Virus record (IMG/VR): IMGVR_UViG_3300034024_000020
Coordinates: 1-64,000 of that record
Source of the DNA: a virus
Direction: 5' to 3' (one strand)
Length of the DNA: 64,000 bases
This document shows positions 49,337-58,327 of the stretch, piece by piece. Both the position numbers and the translations under genes were made by a program. Positions within the stretch are counted from its first letter, which is position 1. Each line of letters opens with the position of its first letter. The notes below the pieces were generated by a model, which searched no databases, had not been told where the DNA came from, and saw nothing but the letters and a program-made list of their open reading frames with translations.

Positions 49337-49654
49337 ATGTCAAAGCCAATTACACCAGCAGAAGTTGCAGAATATCAAGCTAAGATATTTCCCGCAGAAG
49401 TTTTTGATGCTTTTAATGAACTAATTGCAAAAGACTTTGTAAATGGTAGTTCTACGGTAAAGCAACCTGCAGTAAAAGCTCTAATCATAGAAAAGATTGC
49501 GGCTAATACCCCTGCAGGAGAAACTCCTAGGCCTTTTGAATATAAATGGCTTAATATCGAGGAAGTCTATCGCAAGGCTGGATGGAAGGTAGAATACGAT
49601 AAGCCAGGGTACAACGAAACCTATGATGCTTATTTTGTTTTTAGGAAGAAATAA
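49337..49654 (+). CDS. Conserved phage hypothetical protein
   Basis: WLNIE..YR.AGWKVEYDKPGYNE motif; promoter 49284. Confidence 0.7.
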   Translation: MSKPITPAEVAEYQAKIFPAEVFDAFNELIAKDFVNGSSTVKQPAVKALIIEKIAANTPAGETPRPFEYKWLNIEEVYRKAGWKVEYDKPGYNETYDAYFVFRKK

Positions 49655-50217
49655 TGCCCGAGAGATTTTTCGCCTCTGACCATCACTTTGGTCACGCTAA
49701 CATTCTAAACTTTACACGTGCCGACGAAGTAACGCCGGTACGTAGCTTTGCGTCTGTTGAGGAAATGGACGAGCACATGATCGAGCGTCATAATAGCGTC
49801 GTCGGTCCGAATGATCGCGTCTATTTTCTGGGCGATCTAGCAATCCCGAGACGTGGTCTTCAGCAAGTTAAGCGGCTGAATGGCAAAAAGCGCCTCATCA
49901 TGGGTAATCATGACGTCTTTAAGAACAAAGACTATTATGATTGCGGCATTGAGATACTAGGTGCGTTCAGAAAGTTTGACGACTTCGTCGTCACGCACAT
50001 TCCTGTACACTCCGATAGCATTTCTAAACGTTGGTTTAGGAACGTACACGGACACACCCACACTAACAATGTGCGGCTTCCTCGCGGAGTCGACGCTAGG
50101 ACGGGTGAAATTCTGTACAGCGATAAGGCTGATCCTCGCTATGTCTGCGTTTGCGTGGAGCAGCTAGATGACTACACTCCTATTCACATTGATGATCTAA
50201 GAAAGAGGTTTAAATGA
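49654..50217 (+). CDS. Metallophosphoesterase
   Basis: SDHHFGH, LGD, GNHD, THIP, HGHTH. Confidence 0.88.
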   Translation: MPERFFASDHHFGHANILNFTRADEVTPVRSFASVEEMDEHMIERHNSVVGPNDRVYFLGDLAIPRRGLQQVKRLNGKKRLIMGNHDVFKNKDYYDCGIEILGAFRKFDDFVVTHIPVHSDSISKRWFRNVHGHTHTNNVRLPRGVDARTGEILYSDKADPRYVCVCVEQLDDYTPIHIDDLRKRFK

Positions 50218-50552
50218 ATCAGCAAGAAGCAACTGCAACTATCGCCAATCTTCTAACTAGTGCTCGTACTTCTATCGAAACAGCACTAAGCATGGGACGG
50301 GAACATAATGTTCCGGTAGATCTTAATATAGTAGGTCTAGGCGGAGATGATATGTGGTACGTTTCTGAACAAGATTGGCTAGAGGGGCGACTTGAAGAGT
50401 TGAAGTATGATTATCCGGAAGAAACGGGTGAAGATTATGAAGCTGAAGTAAAGCGTATCAACGATGAACTTGCAGAAATTCGTTCTGCGGGTGGATTTGA
50501 CTCTTACGGATACAAACAAACGGGCTGGATGAGCTCCTCAACTAATTGTTAA
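50214..50552 (+). CDS. Hypothetical protein ending WxSSSxxC
   Basis: C-terminus GWMSSSTNC*. Confidence 0.7.
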   Translation: MNQQEATATIANLLTSARTSIETALSMGREHNVPVDLNIVGLGGDDMWYVSEQDWLEGRLEELKYDYPEETGEDYEAEVKRINDELAEIRSAGGFDSYGYKQTGWMSSSTNC

Positions 50553-50565
50553 GAAAGGAAATACA

Positions 50566-50805
50566 ATGAACAGTGATCTACAGCGAATCAAGACTCTCGA
50601 AGCCGAACTGGCTGCAATGCGAGTTCAGGGTAAGCAGAACGCTACCTCTCGCCTTGCCGAGCTTGTGAGGGAAATTAAGGAGAAGGTTGCAGAAGCTACA
50701 GAGCTTGCTAAGACTTTCGAGCTTCCTTTCTCTATGAACATGGAAAGCTATATGCCGGAAGATGCTGATTACGATTATTGGCAGTCTTCTTCTATGTATT
50801 GCTAA
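50566..50805 (+). CDS. Hypothetical protein ending WxSSSxxC
   Basis: C-terminus YWQSSSMYC*; AAGGA RBS. Confidence 0.7.
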   Translation: MNSDLQRIKTLEAELAAMRVQGKQNATSRLAELVREIKEKVAEATELAKTFELPFSMNMESYMPEDADYDYWQSSSMYC

Positions 50806-50817
50806 AAGGAATTAACT

Positions 50818-51738
50818 GTGCCGTATCTTGTTATTGGTAGTCATGCGCTTAATCGCATTCGTACAACTCGGGGACATGCTTGTCAGCAGCCGCGAGACAT
50901 GGACATTATTGCCGATTTCGATGCGGCACAGTCAGTTCTAAATGGGGCGGGTTGTCACATCCAGTATCCCATTAACGGTGGCAAAACTCTCTTTGGTAAG
51001 AACCCCAAGGGCGACATTTACGAGATTGAAATTGCCTGGCCGGGCTCAACTGGTGAAGAGCTTCTTAACTATTGGTTTACCAATAAAGAGACTGCATTTT
51101 ACCCTTCTCTTTATGCTTCTCTGAACGTGCTCTACGCTCTGAAAATGTCTCACCGCTATCTGCGCAATTCTCCTCATTTCCTCAAGACCATGAGGGATAT
51201 TAAGGAAATGCGCGCAATGGGCGCGACCATCCCAGATAACCTTCATTCTTGGTTCAAGCGTAGGGAAAAGGAAACGTATGACTATTCCCACCCGAATCTT
51301 AGCGTTAATTCTGGGGCTTTCTTCAGTGGCGACGGGGTACATTATGTCTATGATCATGACAGCCTCCATGAGGCTGTAGCGGTCTACGGATCGCCTGTTT
51401 ATAAGCTTTATCTTCGTGATGGAGCAGAAGTTCAGGTTGATAAAAATAAATGGCTTATGCTTAACGATATTGTTAAGCAGACTGCGGTTTATGAGGAAGC
51501 ATGTGTTCTTGCGCTAGAGCGGAGCATCATTCCTTATCCCGGTAAGTTGACTGAAGATCGAGCGTTTGAAGTTGCTTTAATCAAGGTTGCTTCTAGTATT
51601 ACTAGCGGCTGGTTCCGCCAATATGCTTGGGAGAATTTCGACGAAGTAATGAAACTTCACAAGCAGCTTCCTTCTTATGTAGATAGATTTACTAAAGCGC
51701 TTGAGAACGGTCAAGTTAAACATTTTGGAGAAAAATAA
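50818..51738 (+). CDS. Putative nucleotidyltransferase-fold phage protein
   Basis: IGS.AL...PRDMDII (GS...DxD) motif; YALKMSH; YDHD.LHEAV; TSGWFR. Confidence 0.6.
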   Translation: MPYLVIGSHALNRIRTTRGHACQQPRDMDIIADFDAAQSVLNGAGCHIQYPINGGKTLFGKNPKGDIYEIEIAWPGSTGEELLNYWFTNKETAFYPSLYASLNVLYALKMSHRYLRNSPHFLKTMRDIKEMRAMGATIPDNLHSWFKRREKETYDYSHPNLSVNSGAFFSGDGVHYVYDHDSLHEAVAVYGSPVYKLYLRDGAEVQVDKNKWLMLNDIVKQTAVYEEACVLALERSIIPYPGKLTEDRAFEVALIKVASSITSGWFRQYAWENFDEVMKLHKQLPSYVDRFTKALENGQVKHFGEK

Positions 51739-52240
51739 ATGCACGCAGTTTGGATAGCTTATATTATTTTTGTGTTATGTATGGCATTGTGGGGTTTCTA
51801 TAAGTGTAGTTCGACATTCTATAACTTTATCCATACTCTAAAGGGCGGGAAAGTTATTCTATGTGAAGGAATTTCGTCTGCCATCAAAGGCGATGTGTGG
51901 AAATCGGCTCTACTTAGAGGTCCTATGACGGGCAAGATCACCGCCTATCGTTACTCTGCTAGTAAGATAGGTGCTCTCGATCTCAAGAGTGATGGTACTG
52001 GAGATTATTGTGGAAAGTTTGTCTGGAAGGTCATTTAATGGCAGACAAATTCACATGGTCGGATGTAGACGTAATCTTAAGAAAATGCGCGGAAGTCGTC
52101 TTAGAGGGTCACAGATGGGTTAAATCCGGCTGTAGAGATAAAGGTCTAAGCGGTCCGTCCAATTTTAAGATTGCTTGCATTCAATTGAGGGAGCGTCTCG
52201 ATAAAGTTATCGAAGGCGAACCTAGCAACATAGGAATGAC

Positions 52241-53086
52241 ATGAAAGTAATTAAATCTGCTATAGACGAATCTGTTAACTTCGTTCAAGAGCGTGACGGG
52301 ATTTTGGAATCCCGTTACGTTCATAGACCTGGAGCAGACTATTTCGTCTGCTATCTTAGTTCACACACCGGATGTAACAAAGCCTGTCGCTTCTGTCATT
52401 TGACAGCGACGGGTCAAACTTATATGCGCGATGCTACCATCCAAGAGCTTGTCGCTCAAATGGTACCTGTTTTTGAACATAATGCTAAAACAGACAATAT
52501 TAGTGCAGTGAACATCAATTTCATGGCTAGAGGAGAGCCTTTAGCTAATATGACTTTGTTGAAGAATTGGCACGAATTTACTCTAGTTCTTCATGGTCTT
52601 TGTAAAGCTTATGGTCTAGAGTATAATATCAATATATCAACAATTATGCCAGAGGAAATGGAAGATGTCGATCTTGCTGATGTGTTTGGGTCAGAAGTCA
52701 CGTTATATTATAGCTTATACTCCCTCAAACCGAGATTTCGACGCAGATATATTCCTAAATCAATGGATCCTTACGCTGCCCTTCTTAAACTCAGAGATTG
52801 GCAGCAACGAACAGGCGGGCGAGTAGTAATTCACTTCGCTATGATCCAGGACGGTAATGATTGCTACGGTGATCATCACAACATGCTGGATTATCTACTA
52901 AAAATCGGACTGGATACTAGACTTAATCTTGTTCGGTACAACCCACCTGATCCTAAGAAAAGTAGAGAAGCTCCTAACTGGCTATCTTTATTCGAACTCT
53001 GGAAATTCGAATTTCCAGAATCTAAAATTGTATCACGCGTAGGCGAAGACGTTTATGCAAGTTGTGGGATGTTTGTAAATGGCTAA
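52241..53086 (+). CDS. RlmN/Cfr-like radical SAM RNA methyltransferase
   Basis: SSHTGCNKACRFC, FMARGEPLAN, NLVRYNP, GEDVYASCG. Confidence 0.8.
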   Translation: MKVIKSAIDESVNFVQERDGILESRYVHRPGADYFVCYLSSHTGCNKACRFCHLTATGQTYMRDATIQELVAQMVPVFEHNAKTDNISAVNINFMARGEPLANMTLLKNWHEFTLVLHGLCKAYGLEYNINISTIMPEEMEDVDLADVFGSEVTLYYSLYSLKPRFRRRYIPKSMDPYAALLKLRDWQQRTGGRVVIHFAMIQDGNDCYGDHHNMLDYLLKIGLDTRLNLVRYNPPDPKKSREAPNWLSLFELWKFEFPESKIVSRVGEDVYASCGMFVNG

Positions 53087-53489
53087 AGGTGCATTAGGAC
53101 ATGAAATTCTAAACGGGCTAGAGGGAGCTATAGCTCATGCTAAAAGACTACAAACTGAAGAGGAAGACGGCAAAAAGCCTGAAGCCACTGTAGGTGGTCC
53201 TGTTATTACCTATAAAATGAATTGTCCCGTGTGGCCGGGTTTAGGTAAGCTTTCCGAAGAAATGGGAGAGCTAGGAGTAGAATTTGGAAAGTTGATTGTC
53301 AACGGTGGAAACCCAAATTATTGGGATGACAGAGACTTATTGGACGGAATCCATAATGAAACCGCCGATGTTCTAGCTGCTGTAGCTTTTTTCATTGAAC
53401 AGAATCAGCTACTAGATGAAAATCGCATTACGGAACGAGCACAGAGAAAGCTAGAAAAATTCCGACACTGGCGAGACACCAAACAGTAA
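53079..53489 (+). CDS. MazG-like protein
   Basis: KLSEEMGEL...ETADVLAA. Confidence 0.65.
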   Translation: MAKGALGHEILNGLEGAIAHAKRLQTEEEDGKKPEATVGGPVITYKMNCPVWPGLGKLSEEMGELGVEFGKLIVNGGNPNYWDDRDLLDGIHNETADVLAAVAFFIEQNQLLDENRITERAQRKLEKFRHWRDTKQ

Positions 53490-53580
53490 AGCTATTTTCA
53501 CCGATAACGGAAAAATAGTTCTTGACATGTGCCCCCATTATGTGTATAATGGGTGTTCAATCAGCAAGGAGAATATAAAA

Positions 53581-53952
53581 TTGGCTTGGGACGATAACAA
53601 GAAGGCTTTGGCAGTAAAACTCTATCAGGAGAAAGAGCCTACGCCGGAGAACTCAATAGAAATCGTTAAAGAGATTGCCGACGAGATCGGTGAATCTGTT
53701 AACGGTGTTCGAATGATTCTCACGAAAGCAAATGTTTACATTAAGAAGGCGGATGCACCTAAGGCTGCTTCCGGCGCAAAGAGTAGTGGCTCGGGTGGAA
53801 CTCGAGTTAGTAAGGACGCTGCACATCAACAGCTAACCGCAGCAATCGAGGCTCACGGCCAGACTGCTGATAGCGAAATCATCTCTAAGATGACAGGTAA
53901 GGCAGCGTTGCACTTTGCAGCGATTCTTACTGCAATTCCCACAGCGGAATAA
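53581..53952 (+). CDS. T5 D3-like DNA-binding protein
   Basis: EIVKEIA...NGVRMILTKANVYIKK...SKDAAH...KMTGKAA; TTG start after AAGGAG. Confidence 0.75.
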   Translation: MAWDDNKKALAVKLYQEKEPTPENSIEIVKEIADEIGESVNGVRMILTKANVYIKKADAPKAASGAKSSGSGGTRVSKDAAHQQLTAAIEAHGQTADSEIISKMTGKAALHFAAILTAIPTAE

Positions 53953-54024
53953 AAATAAGGCGGCCCGACTAGTTTCGGGTCGCCTATTCCTGTTTAAGGT
54001 AAGCCAACCTGCTCAGGAGTAAAA

Positions 54025-54300
54025 GTGACTAAAGATGAGTTTATTAGTCGAGTAAGAGAGTTCGGTGATGCAATTATCACCTATAGAAGCCCGGAGTCTA
54101 AGAAGCTGAAGTACAATGTTTGTACTTTAGATTTTAACACTCCATATATCAAAAGCAAGCAGAATAGAGCTAAAGAGAGTGACGAAACTACTCTTCTTTT
54201 CTGCTGGGACGTAGATTCCTTTAGACTTCTGAGACATAGCAATGTAACTCGTGTTGAGCCACTTGCTAGTGCCTTGAAGGAAGGGTCTAATGTCAGATGA
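54025..54300 (+). CDS. Conserved T5-like hypothetical protein
   Basis: YNVCTLDFNTPYI, LFCWD.DSFR; position between the D3 and PC4 genes. Confidence 0.7.
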   Translation: MTKDEFISRVREFGDAIITYRSPESKKLKYNVCTLDFNTPYIKSKQNRAKESDETTLLFCWDVDSFRLLRHSNVTRVEPLASALKEGSNVR

Positions 54301-54610
54301 AGTATTTAGTAGAATAGTTCATCAGACTGATGATAAGCAAATAAGATTAACAATCAATGAATTCAGGGGTGTGGAATATATGCACCTCAGAGAATATTAT
54401 CAAGATTTTGAGGAAAATTGGTGCCCTTCTAAAAAGGGAGTAGCTATGCCTCTTGATCTGAATAACAGCAGAGAACTGTTTGCGGGATTAGTAGAAATTC
54501 TATCCCTAGCAGAGAGTAAAGACGTCATTTTAGAGCACTTTGAAGAGCTCATTAGGAACACTTATCCAGATGAAGAACTTTCTAGATTACGCGAGCAAAA
54601 AGTATCATGA
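54290..54610 (+). CDS. PC4-like ssDNA-binding protein
   Basis: LTINEFRG.EY.HLREYY...W.PSKKGVAMP. Confidence 0.8.
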   Translation: MSDEVFSRIVHQTDDKQIRLTINEFRGVEYMHLREYYQDFEENWCPSKKGVAMPLDLNNSRELFAGLVEILSLAESKDVILEHFEELIRNTYPDEELSRLREQKVS

Positions 54611-55505
54611 GGGTAACCCCATCATACCTGATGACGTGTTTGATCGTCTAGCAGAGACACATGGATATGAAGATGTGGGTCACAGCGTTCAACACGGTGT
54701 GGCTCACTACTTTCCGATGTGGTCACTCAAGAAGTGCTATGTTGGTGAGAAACCAATCGTCCTAGTTGGCGATACTATCGAAACCCCCAAACTCGACGGA
54801 GCTGCTATCTCTTTACTTTACGTAGAGGGACAATTAGTCATGGCCTTAACACGTGGAAACGGTAAACGCGGTGAGGACATAACAGATAAAATCAAATTAC
54901 TAGTAGAGTCTTTTATACCGACATACGAGCCTATAATTCAAATTATAGGTGAAATAGCTGCTAAAAAGACTATTCCTAATGCTAGGAATTATGCAGCTGG
55001 AGCTTTAAACCTCAAAGATATAGAAGAATTCAAAACCAGAGAAGTTACCTTTATTGCTTACGGTTTGCAAGTTTCTGAAAATAAATCTGGTTGTTCAGAA
55101 ACTTATGTACAAGATATGCAATCCCTTAGCAATATGGGTTTTAACACAGTTTTAGATGGAGAATGGAATGAATACCCGCAAGATGGCCGCGTTTATCGGC
55201 TCAATTCAAATCAAGCCTACGATAGGGCTGGTTATACTAGTTCTCACCCTCGCGGAGCCTTTGCTCTCAAAGTACGGCCACAAGGAGTTAGCACAACTCT
55301 CAAAGGAGTTGAATGGCAAGTTGGAAGGACTGGCACTGTTAATCCGGTAGCCATCTTAGAGCCTGTTAAAGTAGGGGACGCCATGGTAAGTCGTGCAACC
55401 CTACACAATATGAAGTATATTGAAGAGCTAGGCCTGGAGATAGGATGCGAAGTAGAGATTATTCGCTCGGGGGAAATCATACCTCGAGTTGTAAGGAGAT
55501 TATAA
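54570..55505 (+). CDS. NAD-dependent DNA ligase subunit A (adenylation + OB)
   Basis: PKLDG, TRGNG, WQVGRTG, RATLHN, RSGEIIP. Confidence 0.92.
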   Translation: MKNFLDYASKKYHEGNPIIPDDVFDRLAETHGYEDVGHSVQHGVAHYFPMWSLKKCYVGEKPIVLVGDTIETPKLDGAAISLLYVEGQLVMALTRGNGKRGEDITDKIKLLVESFIPTYEPIIQIIGEIAAKKTIPNARNYAAGALNLKDIEEFKTREVTFIAYGLQVSENKSGCSETYVQDMQSLSNMGFNTVLDGEWNEYPQDGRVYRLNSNQAYDRAGYTSSHPRGAFALKVRPQGVSTTLKGVEWQVGRTGTVNPVAILEPVKVGDAMVSRATLHNMKYIEELGLEIGCEVEIIRSGEIIPRVVRRL

Positions 55506-55955
55506 TGAGAGCAATTAGAGACAGATTTGTAGGCTTCTTCGGACCTAGAGAAACTGATATGCCGCTGAAGGTTCGTCAAGCAATGGACCGTTTAGATGTA
55601 TTAGCCACATGGCAAGAGCCAGATGCGGTTATAACTGTCAGAGCGGGAGATATTAACACCGTATTATCTTTCCTGAAGAAGATTGAAAGAAGCATATAAT
55701 GTATACCCATTTGCGAGAAATTTCAGGAAAAGCAGCTGATATTTATATCAATTTAGCTGGCATAAGCGATGATGAAGTAGCCATTGGACGAGACGATCTA
55801 ATGGAGCTTCTAGAATTAATTGCTGACGGAGCAGAGCAATCTGTAGAAATCGAGGAATTGAAATCTAAGATGGAAACCAGCGACGAAGAATTGAAGTCTC
55901 TGTATGAAGAGAACGAGGCTTTAAGACGTAAAGCTGACACGTTAAAGAGGGTATA

Positions 55956-56336
55956 ATGCACTTAACTATTTGGACTGCGACCGGATGCTCCTTTTGCGAA
56001 CCTATGAAGCGTATAGCAGAGGATGTAGCACGCACTATTGGTTGGGAATATAATTCGGTAAATCTAGATCAAAGTAATAGAGATCTTTTCAGAGAGTGGG
56101 GTATTACTGGAGTTCCCACTATAACTATTGTTGAAAATAGAGAAGAAGTTGCTCGTGTAACGGGTTCTATGACTCGACGTCAGTTGGAGACAGAAATTGA
56201 GCGGCATCTACAACGAGACGTATTTTCTGAACAACCCGGAGAAGAGCCAACTTCCAGCAGTTCTGTACTGCGTAATTCTGGTGAACAAGAAAACCCAGAA
56301 CAGGGAGTGCATCAAGATAGGGATTGCGCAGGGTAA
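55956..56336 (+). CDS. Thioredoxin-like protein
   Basis: CSFC and ITGVPT. Confidence 0.75.
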   Translation: MHLTIWTATGCSFCEPMKRIAEDVARTIGWEYNSVNLDQSNRDLFREWGITGVPTITIVENREEVARVTGSMTRRQLETEIERHLQRDVFSEQPGEEPTSSSSVLRNSGEQENPEQGVHQDRDCAG

Positions 56337-56562
56337 AAATTGGAAAGATGTAATTAAGAGGTCAGCAGGATTCAAAGGATACGAAATACGTATCCAGAAA
56401 GTTGTACCAGGACCTCTTGAGGAAATATATCATCTAGAACAATATCTGCACGAATTGTGGGCACATAAAAAATACAAATCTGCCTGGAAGTTTGGTGGTC
56501 ATACTGAGCTATTTGAGATTGACGCCGAAATCATTCGTAGCGTCCCAGAAAAAAGTTCTTGA
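56197..56562 (+). CDS. GIY-YIG-like small protein
   Basis: LYCV...IKIGI...EQYLH...FGGHTELF. Confidence 0.55.
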   Translation: MSGIYNETYFLNNPEKSQLPAVLYCVILVNKKTQNRECIKIGIAQGKNWKDVIKRSAGFKGYEIRIQKVVPGPLEEIYHLEQYLHELWAHKKYKSAWKFGGHTELFEIDAEIIRSVPEKSS

Positions 56563-56611
56563 CAATGACCCCAAAACCCGATATAATGGTTTCATCAAGA
56601 CGAGAGAAGCA

Positions 56612-57361
56612 ATGATCATCACACCTCCTACGAACTGTCCGAGTTGTGACTCAAATCTTATCTGGTCCAACGATACCCTCTATTGTGTAAATTCTGATTG
56701 CCCTGCTCAAGCGTCGAAGCAAGTTCAACACTTTGCCCAGACTCTTAAGATTAAGGGTTTAGGACCTTCCACAATTGAGAAACTCTTACTTCAGAACATA
56801 GAAGAAATCTATGAGATGGAACTAGAGTATATGACCTCTATGCTAGGGTCAGAAAAGCTGGCAATTAAGCTGTTTAATGAAATTGAAAGATCTAAACAAG
56901 AGCCGCTTAATACAGTCTTACCTGCATTTGGCATTTCGTTGATTGGAAAATCAGCGACTGACAAGCTTTCATCGGTAGTTTCGTCAATATTCGATATTGA
57001 CGAGAATGCTTGTAAGAAAGCGGGTCTGGGTCCTAAAGCTACTGAGAACTTAATGGATTGGATGGAAACTCAATTCGAAAGATATTGTGATCTTCCATTT
57101 AGCTATGAGTTTATCAGAAATTCCCCTTCTATGAAAAGCGTAGGCATAATCTGCATTACGGGCAAACTAAATAGTTTCAAAACTAAAGCAGAAGCTGCTG
57201 AAGCTTTGAAAAAGAAGGGTTTTACAGTAAAGGATAGTCTAACTAAAGATGTGACTATACTTGTAAATGAGAGCGGAAAAGAAACCGCTAAAACCATCAA
57301 GGCCGCCGAGAACGGCGTTCTTATCATCAACAACCTAAAAGAATATTTGGAGACTATATAA
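56612..57361 (+). CDS. NAD-dependent DNA ligase subunit B (Zn finger, HhH, BRCT)
   Basis: CPSC...CVNSDC, IKGLGP, ICITGKL. Confidence 0.9.
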   Translation: MIITPPTNCPSCDSNLIWSNDTLYCVNSDCPAQASKQVQHFAQTLKIKGLGPSTIEKLLLQNIEEIYEMELEYMTSMLGSEKLAIKLFNEIERSKQEPLNTVLPAFGISLIGKSATDKLSSVVSSIFDIDENACKKAGLGPKATENLMDWMETQFERYCDLPFSYEFIRNSPSMKSVGIICITGKLNSFKTKAEAAEALKKKGFTVKDSLTKDVTILVNESGKETAKTIKAAENGVLIINNLKEYLETI

Positions 57362-58101
57362 TGACACTTCCTAAGTGGACTGATGAGCGCACCGCTCAGC
57401 TTCGTGATCTCGTTGGCAGCGAGGAGCCCGTAACTAAGGCTACCGTAGACCGTGTAGCAGAGGAAATGGAGACTTCTAGCCGTTCCGTCGCTTCTAAGCT
57501 TCGTAAGCTTGGTGTCGAGGTAGAACTAGCATCGCAGGCGCCACGTGCGTTCAGCGACGAGCAGGCTGAAGAGCTAGCTCAGTTCGTCCGTGAAAATGAG
57601 GGTGAGCTTACTTATGCTCAGATCGCAGAGCAGTTTAACGGTGGTAGCTTCACCGCTAAGCAGATTCAGGGTAAGATCCTAAGCATGGAGCTTACTGATG
57701 CGGTTGCCCCAACTCCTAAGCCGGAGAGCACCAAGACCTACACCGATGAAGAGGAGGCTGAGGTCGTCCGTCTAATCGGTGAGAACGCTTTCGTCGAGGA
57801 TATCGCTAGTGCGCTAGATCGTACCGTTCCTTCTATCCGTGGTAAGGCTCTTAGCCTTCTTCGTGGTGGTCAGATCGCAGCGATGCCAAAGCAGCGTGAC
57901 GTTAAGGGTCAGGCACCTGACCAGTTCGAGGAGCTCGGAGATGTTTCAACTCTTACCGTTGAGCAGATCGCAGAGCGTCTTGGAAAGACCGAGCGCGGTG
58001 TAAAGACCATGCTAACCCGTCGCGGTGTAACCGCAGCGGACTACGACGGGGCAGCTCGTCGTGAGAAGGCTCAGGCAGCAGCCGCAGCAACCACTGCGTA
58101 A
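57361..58101 (+). CDS. T5 D5-like DNA-binding protein
   Basis: RSVASKLRK, QIQGKILSMEL, IRGKALSLLR, ERGVKTML.RRG..A.DYDGAA. Confidence 0.85.
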   Translation: MTLPKWTDERTAQLRDLVGSEEPVTKATVDRVAEEMETSSRSVASKLRKLGVEVELASQAPRAFSDEQAEELAQFVRENEGELTYAQIAEQFNGGSFTAKQIQGKILSMELTDAVAPTPKPESTKTYTDEEEAEVVRLIGENAFVEDIASALDRTVPSIRGKALSLLRGGQIAAMPKQRDVKGQAPDQFEELGDVSTLTVEQIAERLGKTERGVKTMLTRRGVTAADYDGAARREKAQAAAAATTA

Positions 58102-58327
58102 ACGCCTCCTTCTTGGAAAATGTAAGGGCGGGGAAACGGTAAACGTTTCCCTGCCCAATTTTGCTGGAGAAAGCAAATGATTAATTTATGGCGTGAGTTA
58201 TTCCGCATAGAAAACAATAATCTCGGTCTTCGTATAGAAGTGAAGATTACTCCTGAAATAACAGAGAGCTGGGAAGAGCTCGTAGAAGCCTGGAACGAGC
58301 TATTTAAGAAATAATATGGAGTAAATA

